A stretch of 64,000 nt of DNA from Gemmatimonadota bacterium (GTDB lineage Bacteria; Gemmatimonadota; Gemmatimonadetes; Palauibacterales; Palauibacteraceae): contig JBDGWG010000022.1 of the NCBI GenBank assembly GCA_039585235.1, forward strand, positions 780 through 64,779. The letters run 5' to 3'. This document shows positions 44,097-53,797 of the stretch, piece after piece. The notes beneath the pieces are model-generated. The model was not told the origin of the DNA. It searched no databases and was given only the letters and a program-made list of their open reading frames with translations. Both the position numbers and the translations under genes were made by a program. Position 1 is the first letter of the stretch; every line of letters begins with the position of its first letter.

Positions 44097-47000
44097 ATGT
44101 CACTTCGACTCGTTCGTTCGGACTCGAATGCCGCGCTGTGGACGGCCTGCTCGGAGTCTTTCCTCGACGCGGTCGGTGACGGGGCCGGGCCGGGCGGCCA
44201 CCCGGAGTTCCTTCTCCTCGCGCACCGGGCACAGCGTGACGCCGTTCTGGAAAGCGCTGCGGCAAGGGGCATTCCCGGGTGGTTGAATCCGCCCGTGGCG
44301 TTCTTTTCGGATCTCAGGCACATGTTCGGGATCGAGGCGCGCCCGGTGGGGATCCTCACCGGACGGATGCTTGTGGCCCGACTCGCCGGCCAAACGGCCC
44401 TTCGAGTGGGTGTACGGACGGCCGGAAGGGACAGGGGGCCGGCCGGGACGCACATGCTGGACCGGGTGTTCAGCGAGTTGTTGCCGGAGGGCGTGACGCC
44501 GGGGAGACTGCGCGAAGCGCTCGAGCCACTGGCCCGCGACGAGTTCACCCGCAGGCGCAACGACTGGGTGGCCGAGACGTACGAGACGTTCCTCTCAGAG
44601 CTGGAGGAGCGTCAGCTCTACGATCCGCGTTCCATCCACTCCATGGTTGCGCAGGGTGTCGAAAAGGGCGGACTGCCCGACGCGATCGGCGGCGCGGGTC
44701 GCCTGCACGTATTCGGCGTGACGTCTCTCCGAGGGCGTCAGCGTCTGTTTCAGGCCCTTGCCGACCAGGGGGCCGTGCAGGTTTCCGTCTACCTTCCCCT
44801 GGAACGCGAGCCGTCGGAGTGGGAGACGCTGGCGACCGCGGGCACGGAGATCGTCGGAGAAGGGCAGGAGCCGGCACGAGCCGCATTCGTACAGCCGGCT
44901 CCGGATTCGGTTCGGGAGGTGGCGTGGGTGGCGCGCCAGGTCAAGCGCCTGCTCGTGGAGGGACGCGCGGCGCCCCACGAGGTGGCCGTCGTGGCCCGGT
45001 CCGGGCACCAGGACACTCGCCTGGTTCACACGGCCCTGGAACAGGTGGGAGTCCCGTCGACGGCCCGGCTGCGGACCGTCCTGGCAGAGATTCCGGCGCT
45101 CAAGGCGCTCCTCCAGCTGCTGCGCGCGGAGGCAGATGGATGGACGTTCGAGCGTTTGCGGCAGGTGCTTGCCAGCCCGTACTTCGCGACCGGAGCGGAC
45201 CTGAGGCCGGTAGACGTACTGGCGGCTGCCCGGCGCTACGAGGGCCTGGCGGCGTGGCGCGACGGGCTGGAGCGCCTGGCCGTCGAGATCGAAGAGGAAG
45301 ACGGGTGGCGGTGGCGTCGCAAAGGGGTCTCCCGCCACCGCCTGCGTGACGACCTCCCCCGGTTGCTGGACTTCTTCGATCAGATCTCCGTGCTCGCCGG
45401 ATCCCGCCCGGAGAGAGACTGGATAGACCTGACTCTCGAGACGCTGGGCGGCACCCGTTTCGAGCTCAGGTCCCGACTTTGCCTGCCCGTCGGCGATCGG
45501 TGGGACATCGTGCGGCTGGACCAGCGCGGAGTCGAGCACCTGGTGCGCCTGCTCCGGGAGTGGAGGGAGCTGGTGCGATCGACGGAGCCCCTCTCCCCGA
45601 CGGACTGGTACGAGCGCCTGCGCCGCTTGCTGGAGGCCAACGAACTGGCCCTCTCCACTCCACTGAAGGAAGGAGTGCAGGTCCTCGAGGCGCACGAGGC
45701 GTCGCTCAGCCCGTTCCGGCACACCTTCGTGGTGCACGCGAACGACGGTGTATTTCCGCGAGCTCCGACATCGCTGGGCGTATTCTCGGACGAGGAGAGA
45801 CTGCGCCTCCGGGAGCTCGGCCTGCCGTTCACGGAGCGCTGCGAGGCCATGCGCCGCGAGCGAACACTGTGGCGCTCGGTTGCCCGCGGAGAGAACGTGA
45901 CCCTCACGTACCGGACGACCGACTCGAACGGTGTCCCGCGCCTGCCGTCGCTCATGGTGCCGGATCACGACGTGACCACCGAATTGCCGCGCACGCTGGA
46001 CCTGGAGGCCGCCCCGGAGCCCGGAGCGGAGCTTGCGGCCGACCTGGCACCCGTGAGTCCAGCGCAGCAGCAGCGGGCGGAGGCCCTGCAGCTCAAACGG
46101 GCTCGGAGGGCGGGCCAGCGTGGCGAGATCGAGACAGCCTCTCCCAGCGCCATCCGGCGCGGCGTGCTGGGAGCATTCGCCGATGGGCTGCGGTCGGGCA
46201 GCCTCGACGACTTCGTTCGCCGGGAGATCGATCTCGGAGGCGCCGTCCGGCAGGAGCCGGCGGCCGTCCTTGATCCAGAGGCCCTGTTCGGAGTCGATCG
46301 CCCAATCTCCCTGCGCCCGACCGCCTGGAACGGAAAGCTCAGGGATCCCGCGGTTCTCGAGGAGCTGGAACTGAAGTTTGGAACGGATTACCTGTGGTCC
46401 TCCAGCCAGCTGGAGAAGTACGGAAAGCGTCCATTCGACTTCCTGCTGGACAAGGTACTGGGTCTCGAGGAGGTCGCAGAAGCCGACGAGGAGACCAGCG
46501 TGCTGACGTTCGGCAACGTGGCTCACCGTATCCTCGAGGGATTCTACGCCGCTCTTCTGGACGATCTGCCGACGGAGCTCGACGAGCGGGCGGCCCGCGT
46601 GTTGGAGGATGTTTCGGACCGGGTCATCTCGGATCTGGAAGCGAACCGAGACGAATGGCTCGGCCTGGAGCCGCTGTGGGAGGTCACGCGGCAAGACGTG
46701 CGGGACAAGGTCCGGGACTACCTGGAGTGGGAGATTCCGCACCTCGCCCGCAAGGGAGAGCGGCCGATCGCGGTGGAGCTCCAGTTCGGGTTCGCCGGAC
46801 AACCCCCCGTCGAGCTGCGGGGCGTGGACATGGCGAATGAGCCGGCCCGGTTGCTACTGCGCGGCCGGGTGGATCGGGTGGACCGCCACGGCGACGAGCA
46901 GGGCGGCGTGCTCCGGGTGCTGGACTACAAGAGCGGGCTCACGAGCCTGCCGCGGCAGAGGGGATACGAGGACGGGGCCCTTCTGCAAACGGCGCTCTAC

Positions 47001-47282
47001 ATGATGGCGGTCGACTCGCTCGGGCTGGGGTCAGTGGACTCCGCCCGGTACCGCGGGATCCAGCAACCGGGTAAGCCGGCCAACAAGTTCGAGCTAAAGT
47101 TCAGCCGGGTCGAGCCCACGATTCGTCTCGCCCTTTCCATTCCGCGCCGGGTGCGGGCCGGCCTGTTCGAGGCGGTGCAGGCGGGATCGGCGTCGATCGC
47201 CCCGTGGCAGCCTGGCAGAGACGTGACCCGCAATGAGGCGAGTCTCGTGGACGGGACCCGGTTCGATCGGCTGTCGGAGTAG
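44097..47282 (+). CDS. addB: AddB-like subunit of the helicase-nuclease (PD-(D/E)XK nuclease at the C-terminus, no Walker A)
   Basis: 1061 aa lying immediately upstream of the UvrD-type subunit. The C-terminal nuclease motif is RGRVDRVDRH...LRVLDYKSG. No GxGKT motif and no C-terminal Cys cluster are present. Confidence 0.75.
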   Translation: MSLRLVRSDSNAALWTACSESFLDAVGDGAGPGGHPEFLLLAHRAQRDAVLESAAARGIPGWLNPPVAFFSDLRHMFGIEARPVGILTGRMLVARLAGQTALRVGVRTAGRDRGPAGTHMLDRVFSELLPEGVTPGRLREALEPLARDEFTRRRNDWVAETYETFLSELEERQLYDPRSIHSMVAQGVEKGGLPDAIGGAGRLHVFGVTSLRGRQRLFQALADQGAVQVSVYLPLEREPSEWETLATAGTEIVGEGQEPARAAFVQPAPDSVREVAWVARQVKRLLVEGRAAPHEVAVVARSGHQDTRLVHTALEQVGVPSTARLRTVLAEIPALKALLQLLRAEADGWTFERLRQVLASPYFATGADLRPVDVLAAARRYEGLAAWRDGLERLAVEIEEEDGWRWRRKGVSRHRLRDDLPRLLDFFDQISVLAGSRPERDWIDLTLETLGGTRFELRSRLCLPVGDRWDIVRLDQRGVEHLVRLLREWRELVRSTEPLSPTDWYERLRRLLEANELALSTPLKEGVQVLEAHEASLSPFRHTFVVHANDGVFPRAPTSLGVFSDEERLRLRELGLPFTERCEAMRRERTLWRSVARGENVTLTYRTTDSNGVPRLPSLMVPDHDVTTELPRTLDLEAAPEPGAELAADLAPVSPAQQQRAEALQLKRARRAGQRGEIETASPSAIRRGVLGAFADGLRSGSLDDFVRREIDLGGAVRQEPAAVLDPEALFGVDRPISLRPTAWNGKLRDPAVLEELELKFGTDYLWSSSQLEKYGKRPFDFLLDKVLGLEEVAEADEETSVLTFGNVAHRILEGFYAALLDDLPTELDERAARVLEDVSDRVISDLEANRDEWLGLEPLWEVTRQDVRDKVRDYLEWEIPHLARKGERPIAVELQFGFAGQPPVELRGVDMANEPARLLLRGRVDRVDRHGDEQGGVLRVLDYKSGLTSLPRQRGYEDGALLQTALYMMAVDSLGLGSVDSARYRGIQQPGKPANKFELKFSRVEPTIRLALSIPRRVRAGLFEAVQAGSASIAPWQPGRDVTRNEASLVDGTRFDRLSE

Positions 47283-47285
47283 GCG

Positions 47286-50200
47286 ATGGGAATCCGAACC
47301 GTCGTGTGGACCGACGAGCAGGCCGCAGCCGTAACGGCAAGCGGAGACGTGTTGCTCGCCGCCAGTGCCGGGACGGGAAAAACCACCACCGTCGTGGGCA
47401 AGATCCTGTGGATGCTGGGTCTCGAGGCCGGAACGCAAGGGGATCCCGGGACCCCGCTGCATCCCTGCGAGTCGCCCTGCCGGCTGGACCAGGTCGCGGC
47501 GATCACGTTCACGGAGAAGGCGGCCTACGACCTGAAACGGAAGCTCCGGGGCGAGATCGAGGCGTCCGAGAGCGCTGACATCCTGCGCTGGGAGATCGAC
47601 AACGCCTCGGTGGGCACGATCCACGGATTCTGCGCCGAGCTCCTGCGGGAGCACGCGCTGCGCCTGGAGATCGACCCCACCTTCCGTGTCCTCGACGAGC
47701 GGGAGACCCGGGTGCACCAGGACGAGCTCCTCCGGGACGTGCTCAAGGCCGCGCTCGCCGAGGCCGAGCCGGAAGCTCGCGCGCTGGTCCGGCGGTTCAA
47801 AGGAATGTACGACCGCACCCATCGGGACGGGGCCATCGGCAATGTCCGCGAGGTCATGCGCGATATCCGCTGGCATTCGAGCCGATACTCGGGTTGGGTC
47901 ACCTCGGGGCCGGACGGGGATCAACAGATCGACCCGGCGCTTCTGTGGGAGATCGCGGAACGCGTCGGACTCGCGGACCCCGACCCGTCGGGGCGCGCGC
48001 ACGACGAGCGGTCCGTGCGCATTGCGGCCTACCTGTACCGCTACGCGTACCGGGCGCTAGGCCGGTGGTTGTCGTGGCTGGAAGTGGAGAACCTGCGTGA
48101 CTTCGACAGCCTGATCCTGGACGCCCGTCGGCTTCTGACACGGCCGGGCACGCGCCCGGCGCTCGAGGCCGTGCGGTCCAGATACCGGATCCTCATCATC
48201 GATGAATTCCAGGACACTGACGCGGCGCAGAGGGACATCGCGTTCGCGATCGCCGGCCTCACCGTCTCCCCGAGGGACCGGAACGCCGCCCAACCGGACG
48301 ACGCCCAACCGGGTGGCGGCACGCCGCCGCACGATCGACCGCAACTGTTCCTCGTGGGCGATCCGAAACAGAGCATCTACCGTTTCCGAGGGGCCGACAT
48401 CGGCGTGTGGAACGATGTCCGAGAAGCGCTCGGGCGGCGCGGGCAGCTCCTGGACCTCAGTCACAACTTCCGAAGCGAGCCGCAGGTCGTGGATTTCGTG
48501 AACCGCGTCTGCGGGCCCGTAATGTCCAAGCGCGCCAGGGAGTTGCGCGAGTTTTCGCCTCGGAGTGCGGTGGAGTACGTGCCGCTCCGCTCGGCCCTCG
48601 AGCGGACCCCCGCCGCGGGTCTCGAGTGGCTGGTGAACGAAAAGAACGGGAACGACGTGAAGGCGGCCGAGGCTCGCCTGATCGCCTCGCGCATCCGTCA
48701 GTTGGCGAACGGCGACGTGATTCGAGACCCGGAGACCGGAAAGTGCAGGCCATGCCGGTACAGCGACATCGCGATCCTTGCCCGAACGCGAGTCGTCCTG
48801 CGCGGGCTCGAAGACGGGCTTCGACAGTACGGCGTTCCGTTTTACAACAGCTCGGCCGGCGACCTCAAGGACCGGCAGGAGATTCTCGACGTTCTGACCG
48901 CACTGCGCCTGGTGGACAATCCGAGTGACGACTTGAGGGCATTCGCCTACCTGAGGTCACCGTTTGTCGGGCTTCGAGACGAAGTGCTCGCCCGGCTGCG
49001 CATCGACCCCCAGGTGAAACGCGAGTCCCGCCGCCCCGCCTTCCTGGAGCAGGCACGGGCGTACGTGCGGCTCGTGCAGTCGGGCGAGATCGAGCCGTTC
49101 CCTGCGCCCGAGAGCGAGCACGTTCACCAGGTCGAGGTCTGGGCCCTGCGAGAGGGACTCGATGCCATCGATCAGGCCCACCGCCTGGTGAATCGGGCAG
49201 ACCACGGCGAGATCCTGGGCCGGATACTGGATCGGACAGGCTATCGGCTCCACCTCCTGCTCCGGGATCACGCGGCCGAGGCGCTGGCGAACATCGAGCG
49301 ATTCCAGGCGTTGCTGGAGGACTACCGCCACCTCCCGCTGGGCGGCTTCCTTCGACTGTGGGACCGGTGGGGCGAGCAGGACACGGGCATTCCGCAGGCG
49401 CCGCTGACCAGCCAGGATGACGTCGCTGTGACCCTCAGCACCATTCACACCGCGAAGGGTCTCGAGTGGCCCGTCGTGATCCTGGCGGGCACGCGGAGCG
49501 GCCCTGACTCGGGCGGACGGCTCAGCGGCACGTTCTGGAGCGATCCGTCGCTCGGTCCCGTCTACATGGGTAATCAGAACGAGCGCGGGACTCGATCGCT
49601 GCGCCTGTTCCAGAGCGCCCTGGCAGAGGACCACGCCGAGGAGGCCCGGCTCCTGTACGTAGCGGCCACGCGAGCGCGGGATCGACTGATCATATCGGGG
49701 CCCACCGACGTGGCGAAGGGGTACGCCAGGTGGCTTCAGGGCGGACTGGCCGGGGCTGTCGAAGCGCATGAGGCCGCGGCACTGCTGGAGGGAGGCGTTT
49801 CGGCGGAGGCGGAGGCGCGCGACCGACGTGCCGACCGGGCTGCCGACGACGACTCGGCTACGGGCACGGGTCGACAGCTCGACGCCTTCGGTTTCGATCA
49901 CGCGCCGGAGGACGACCGAGGACAGCTCAGCCTGTTCGCGCCGCGGCAGGATTCGGACTCGGATGCGAGTGCACGCTCCGCCACGTCCGACGTTTCCCAC
50001 GTCGACGTACCCCTCGTTCTGTTCCGGACACCAGATCCGATCCAGGAGACGCTTGCACCGACCCCCGTTGAACTCTGGTGGATGGATGACTTGCGGGAGC
50101 GCCCGCCCCCCGCGATCACGCAGCGGATCATCAGCCCACGCGTCAGCTTCTCTACTTCGGCCACCGAGCTCCGGATGAAGGAGCTGGACCCCGAGGCGTG

Positions 50201-50765
50201 GGAGCTTCGCTACGCACACGGAGTGATCCCGGCTCAGGAGTTCGCCCGACGCCCAGACCGAGCTGTCCGGCTGCCAGCCAACGTCCGTGGCACGCTGATC
50301 CATACTGTGCTCGAGCGGCTCGAGGCGGAGTCCGAACTGGCACGCATCCTCGGGGAAGCGATTGCGGGCCTGGACGCCCCCGAGTCCGAGACGCTCTTGG
50401 AGCCAGGATCAGCTTATCGCGAGGCCCTGCAGGCGGAAATCGCGGCGGTCGTGAATAGCGATGAGTGGTCTCACTACGTCGACGGGGACCACTGGCGCGA
50501 GCTGGCGTTCCTCCACTTGCTCGGACCTCGGGAGTGGCTACTCGGGGCCTATGACCTGTTCCGAACGGGCGCCGAGGCCGAGTCGCCCGCCCCGTGGATC
50601 ATAGACTTCAAGACGCACGTGATCGAGGCGACGGACGTGCCGGATACGGCGGTGACGTATGAGATGCAGGCGCGCGTCTATCGTGAGGCCGCCGCGGCGA
50701 TCCTCGGATGCCCCGTGCGGGTGAGCCTGCATTTCACCCACCCGAACGTGGCGATCGACGTATGA
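47286..50765 (+). CDS. addA: AddA-like UvrD/Rep helicase-nuclease subunit
   Basis: Helicase motifs are AASAGTGKTTT, LIIDEFQDTD, LFLVGDPKQSIYRFRGAD, TIHTAKGLEWPVV and LLYVAATRARDRL. The C-terminal nuclease motif is WIIDFKTH. Confidence 0.85.
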   Translation: MGIRTVVWTDEQAAAVTASGDVLLAASAGTGKTTTVVGKILWMLGLEAGTQGDPGTPLHPCESPCRLDQVAAITFTEKAAYDLKRKLRGEIEASESADILRWEIDNASVGTIHGFCAELLREHALRLEIDPTFRVLDERETRVHQDELLRDVLKAALAEAEPEARALVRRFKGMYDRTHRDGAIGNVREVMRDIRWHSSRYSGWVTSGPDGDQQIDPALLWEIAERVGLADPDPSGRAHDERSVRIAAYLYRYAYRALGRWLSWLEVENLRDFDSLILDARRLLTRPGTRPALEAVRSRYRILIIDEFQDTDAAQRDIAFAIAGLTVSPRDRNAAQPDDAQPGGGTPPHDRPQLFLVGDPKQSIYRFRGADIGVWNDVREALGRRGQLLDLSHNFRSEPQVVDFVNRVCGPVMSKRARELREFSPRSAVEYVPLRSALERTPAAGLEWLVNEKNGNDVKAAEARLIASRIRQLANGDVIRDPETGKCRPCRYSDIAILARTRVVLRGLEDGLRQYGVPFYNSSAGDLKDRQEILDVLTALRLVDNPSDDLRAFAYLRSPFVGLRDEVLARLRIDPQVKRESRRPAFLEQARAYVRLVQSGEIEPFPAPESEHVHQVEVWALREGLDAIDQAHRLVNRADHGEILGRILDRTGYRLHLLLRDHAAEALANIERFQALLEDYRHLPLGGFLRLWDRWGEQDTGIPQAPLTSQDDVAVTLSTIHTAKGLEWPVVILAGTRSGPDSGGRLSGTFWSDPSLGPVYMGNQNERGTRSLRLFQSALAEDHAEEARLLYVAATRARDRLIISGPTDVAKGYARWLQGGLAGAVEAHEAAALLEGGVSAEAEARDRRADRAADDDSATGTGRQLDAFGFDHAPEDDRGQLSLFAPRQDSDSDASARSATSDVSHVDVPLVLFRTPDPIQETLAPTPVELWWMDDLRERPPPAITQRIISPRVSFSTSATELRMKELDPEAWELRYAHGVIPAQEFARRPDRAVRLPANVRGTLIHTVLERLEAESELARILGEAIAGLDAPESETLLEPGSAYREALQAEIAAVVNSDEWSHYVDGDHWRELAFLHLLGPREWLLGAYDLFRTGAEAESPAPWIIDFKTHVIEATDVPDTAVTYEMQARVYREAAAAILGCPVRVSLHFTHPNVAIDV

Positions 50766-50781
50766 GCGTGACCGGCCGACG

Positions 50782-51354
50782 TCAGTCGCCGGCCCGCCCC
50801 CCGGCCTCCATGTAGGGCACGAACTGCTCGTTGACGAAGTGGTCCCACACGCCTTCCACGGCTTCGGGCCAGCCTTCCTGCACCTCACCGACGGCGTGCA
50901 CGCTCACCCTGATCCGAGTCGACGCCGCCCCGACGCGCTCGAGCTCGTACGTATGCACCATGTGCAGCGCGTTACCGGCCAGGCCGAGCGGACCCTCGAA
51001 TCGTAGCATCACACCGCGCTCCGCCGCCGTCACGACCGCGTGACGCACACCGTCTCCGGCTTCGTTGAAGATCTCGTAGAATCCGCCGCCCGGGGTGGCC
51101 TCGATGTAGAGTCGGGCCGGATTCCGGGCGACCGTGTGGTCCCACCACCCGCTGATGTCTCCGGTCAACGCGTCGTAGATCTCGTCCGGCGTGCCGGGGG
51201 CCGTGCGCTCGATGGTAAACGAGAAGCCGGCCGGTACGATCTCGTCCACCAGGTCCGGCGCCGGGGACGCGAAGTGGTAGCCGACCAAGCCAGTCAGGAG
51301 GATACCGGCCAGGGCTCCAGTGGCCAGGCCGCGGAAGTGGATCGATGCTCGCAT
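50782..51354 (-). CDS. SRPBCC (AHSA1/START-like) family protein with an N-terminal hydrophobic segment
   Basis: The ATG at 51354 follows GAGGAG. The pattern is SFTIERTAPGTPDEIYDALTGDISGWW. Confidence 0.6.
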   Translation of the reverse strand: MRASIHFRGLATGALAGILLTGLVGYHFASPAPDLVDEIVPAGFSFTIERTAPGTPDEIYDALTGDISGWWDHTVARNPARLYIEATPGGGFYEIFNEAGDGVRHAVVTAAERGVMLRFEGPLGLAGNALHMVHTYELERVGAASTRIRVSVHAVGEVQEGWPEAVEGVWDHFVNEQFVPYMEAGGRAGD

Positions 51355-51575
51355 GGTGCTCCTCGTGGTACCGGGGGAACGGTGTGGCGAAAGTCCACCG
51401 TGCAGGTTGCACCCCCCGGAACGCATCGAGGTTCCCGTGACTCGAGTTCCGGCACGCCGGAGGGGCTCATCCCGGCTCCCGGATGTGACGACGCCCGCCG
51501 GCTTTCGGGGGCCGACGGGCGCCTGGTACGCCATGAGGGCCAGTCGGGGAACAGGCCCTCCAGCGTGTCAGCGTG

Positions 51576-52208
51576 TCAGAGGGACAATCCGATACCCGCC
51601 ATGAACTGCCACGCGCGGGTCTTGACCGATTCCTCGTCAGCGAATTCGCCGCTTACCAGGTTCGTCAAGCCGAGTTGGTACCGGATGTCGGCGACCAGCA
51701 TGACCGGACCGACGAAGATGTCGAGGTTGGCTCCGAAGTCGACGCCCCAATCGGTCGACTTGCGGTCGGCAAAGCCTTCTTCGTCCTCGTCACAGTCCAC
51801 CGTGAAGCTTTCCACCGTGAGGTCACAGCTGGACTCGAACGAGACCACAGGACCGGCATAGATTGCCGGACGGAGCATGCCGGCATCGAGATTCGCCTTG
51901 AGCAGTAGCGGGATCTCGATGTAGTTGGTCCTCAGGTTGGCCTCGAGCTCGCCCTCCTGACCTGCGAAGCCCTTCTGGGAGTAGAGGAGCTCAGGCTGCA
52001 GCGAGAACACGCTGCCCAGCCCGAACGCGACGAAGGCGCCGCCGACGAAGCCCGTTTGCGACTCCTTGATGTCCTCGATGTCCGGAATGTCAGTGCTGAC
52101 GGTGGCGACGTTGACGCCACCCTTGACGCCCAGGTCGATGCTCTGGGCCTGGACCTGCGGCGCTGCGAACAGCCCGATCAGAAGCGCAGTGCAAACGAGT
52201 CGTTTCAT
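51576..52208 (-). CDS. Outer-membrane beta-barrel protein (OMP_b-brl_2 / PorT-like)
   Basis: The ATG at 52208 begins MKRLVCTALLIGLFAAPQVQA. Motifs are IDLGVKGGVNVATV, LQPELLYSQKGF, NYIEIPLLL and RYQLGLTNL. It is a paralogue of 24185-24835. Confidence 0.8.
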   Translation of the reverse strand: MKRLVCTALLIGLFAAPQVQAQSIDLGVKGGVNVATVSTDIPDIEDIKESQTGFVGGAFVAFGLGSVFSLQPELLYSQKGFAGQEGELEANLRTNYIEIPLLLKANLDAGMLRPAIYAGPVVSFESSCDLTVESFTVDCDEDEEGFADRKSTDWGVDFGANLDIFVGPVMLVADIRYQLGLTNLVSGEFADEESVKTRAWQFMAGIGLSL

Positions 52209-52358
52209 TCTGCAATACCTCGCTGTTTGCCGAACGCGCCCGCCCGTAAGGCGTGCAGCGCCCTGTGTGATATCGTAAACGTCAGTTCCGTAACGAGTTA
52301 CGGTGGGCGCGACACGCAGAACGGTGCCGGAAAGCGCCCGGGAACGCGCCCCAACGCC

Positions 52359-52373
52359 GCAACTCACGTGCCA
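52359..52373 (-). promoter_or_regulatory. Consensus sigma54 -24/-12 promoter upstream of the OM barrel gene 51576-52208
   Basis: The minus strand reads TGGCACG-TGAG-TTGC, an exact match to TGGCACG-N4-TTGC. It lies about 150 nt upstream of the start codon. Confidence 0.5.
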
Positions 52374-52449
52374 GCACGAGTTTGCGCGGCCATAGCTGTG
52401 CGTCGTACCGTAGGCTCCACCTACGAATCCCGTATCTCGCGGAGGATCG

Positions 52450-53727
52450 ATGAGAACAGGCAGTCTAGCCGCACTCCGGACCCTGGCGATCCTGGCGATC
52501 CCGGCCGCGTGTGGCGGCGAACAGGCCGGTACCGCCGAGAGAGCGGATCTCGATGCCGATCCCGTGGCGCACGCCCGATCCGTGCTCGAGCGCACGCCGA
52601 TCTTCGACGGGCACAACGACCTTCCGTGGGAGATCCGCACGGCGGAGGAGGCCCCCATGGACGTAGGTGCGTACGACCTGAACGAGCCGGTGCCGGGACA
52701 CACGAACATCGAGCTCTTGAAGGCCGGCCGGGTCGGTGCGCAATTCTGGTCCGTCTACATTCCGGGCGAATTCGCGGACAGCGGCTATGCCCGAATGCAG
52801 CTCGAGCAGATCGATATCGCCCGCCGGATGATCGACCGGTATCCGGAGCTCGTGCTCGTAGGCAAGGCGGATGAAGTCGAGGCGGCGATGGCCGACGGAC
52901 GGATCGCTTCCATGCTGGGAGTGGAGGGCGGACACGCGATCGAGAACTCTCTCGGAGCCCTGCGGGTCTACTACGACCTGGGCGCGCGCTACATGACGCT
53001 CACCCACAACGTGACCCTCGACTGGGCGGACGCCGCGCAGGACAAGGCCCTGCACGACGGCCTGACCGGATTCGGCGAAGAAGTGGTTCGGGAGATGAAC
53101 CGGCTGGGCATGCTGGTGGACCTGTCGCACGTGTCGCCCGCCACGATGAGCGACGCGCTCGACGTTTCGGAAGCTCCCGTGATCTTCTCGCACTCATCGG
53201 CCCGCGCCCGGGTGGACGTTCCACGGAACGTCCCGGACTCGATCCTCTCTCGCATGTCCGAGAACGGCGGCGTGGTGATGGTGACCTTCGTGCAGCCGTT
53301 CGTGAACCGCGAAGCGGCGGACTGGGAGGACCGGCTCGCGGCGACCATTCAGGAGATGCGCGATCGGGGAGCGCCGGTAGACGATATCCGGGCAACGATC
53401 GAGGGAATCAGGCGGGATAGCCCACGGCCGCAGGCCACGCGGGACGATATCGGGGATCACATCGAGCACGTGCGGGACGTCGCCGGGATCGATCACGTGG
53501 GAATCGGCTCGGACTTCGATGGTATGAACGCACCGCTCGAGATGCCCGACGTCTCGAGTTATCCGCTCCTGTTTGCCACACTCATCGAGCGCGGCTGGAC
53601 CGACGAGGACCTCGGTAAACTGGCCAGCGGAAACATCCTGCGTGCGCTGCGTGAGGCGGAGGCCGTAGCTGCCCGCCTGCAGGCCGTTCGCGAGCCATCC
53701 ACGGCCGTTATAGGCGACTTTGACTAG
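52450..53727 (+). CDS. Membrane dipeptidase (peptidase family M19), lipoprotein
   Basis: Motifs DGHNDLPWEIR, VEGGHAIENS and HSSARA. The lipobox is PAAC. Confidence 0.85.
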   Translation: MRTGSLAALRTLAILAIPAACGGEQAGTAERADLDADPVAHARSVLERTPIFDGHNDLPWEIRTAEEAPMDVGAYDLNEPVPGHTNIELLKAGRVGAQFWSVYIPGEFADSGYARMQLEQIDIARRMIDRYPELVLVGKADEVEAAMADGRIASMLGVEGGHAIENSLGALRVYYDLGARYMTLTHNVTLDWADAAQDKALHDGLTGFGEEVVREMNRLGMLVDLSHVSPATMSDALDVSEAPVIFSHSSARARVDVPRNVPDSILSRMSENGGVVMVTFVQPFVNREAADWEDRLAATIQEMRDRGAPVDDIRATIEGIRRDSPRPQATRDDIGDHIEHVRDVAGIDHVGIGSDFDGMNAPLEMPDVSSYPLLFATLIERGWTDEDLGKLASGNILRALREAEAVAARLQAVREPSTAVIGDFD

Positions 53728-53797
53728 AGCTCGCGGGGCTGGCCTAGGCCGCGTGGCGATCACGCCAGGCGGTGCCCGCCTCGATCCGGCCCCTGGC

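Noticed and set aside
44595-46802. 735-aa ORF on the minus strand
   Set aside because: It is antisense to addB, with a low-complexity Arg/Leu/Pro-rich translation and no motifs.
48957-50303. 448-aa ORF on the minus strand
   Set aside because: It is antisense to addA, whose helicase motifs are unambiguous.
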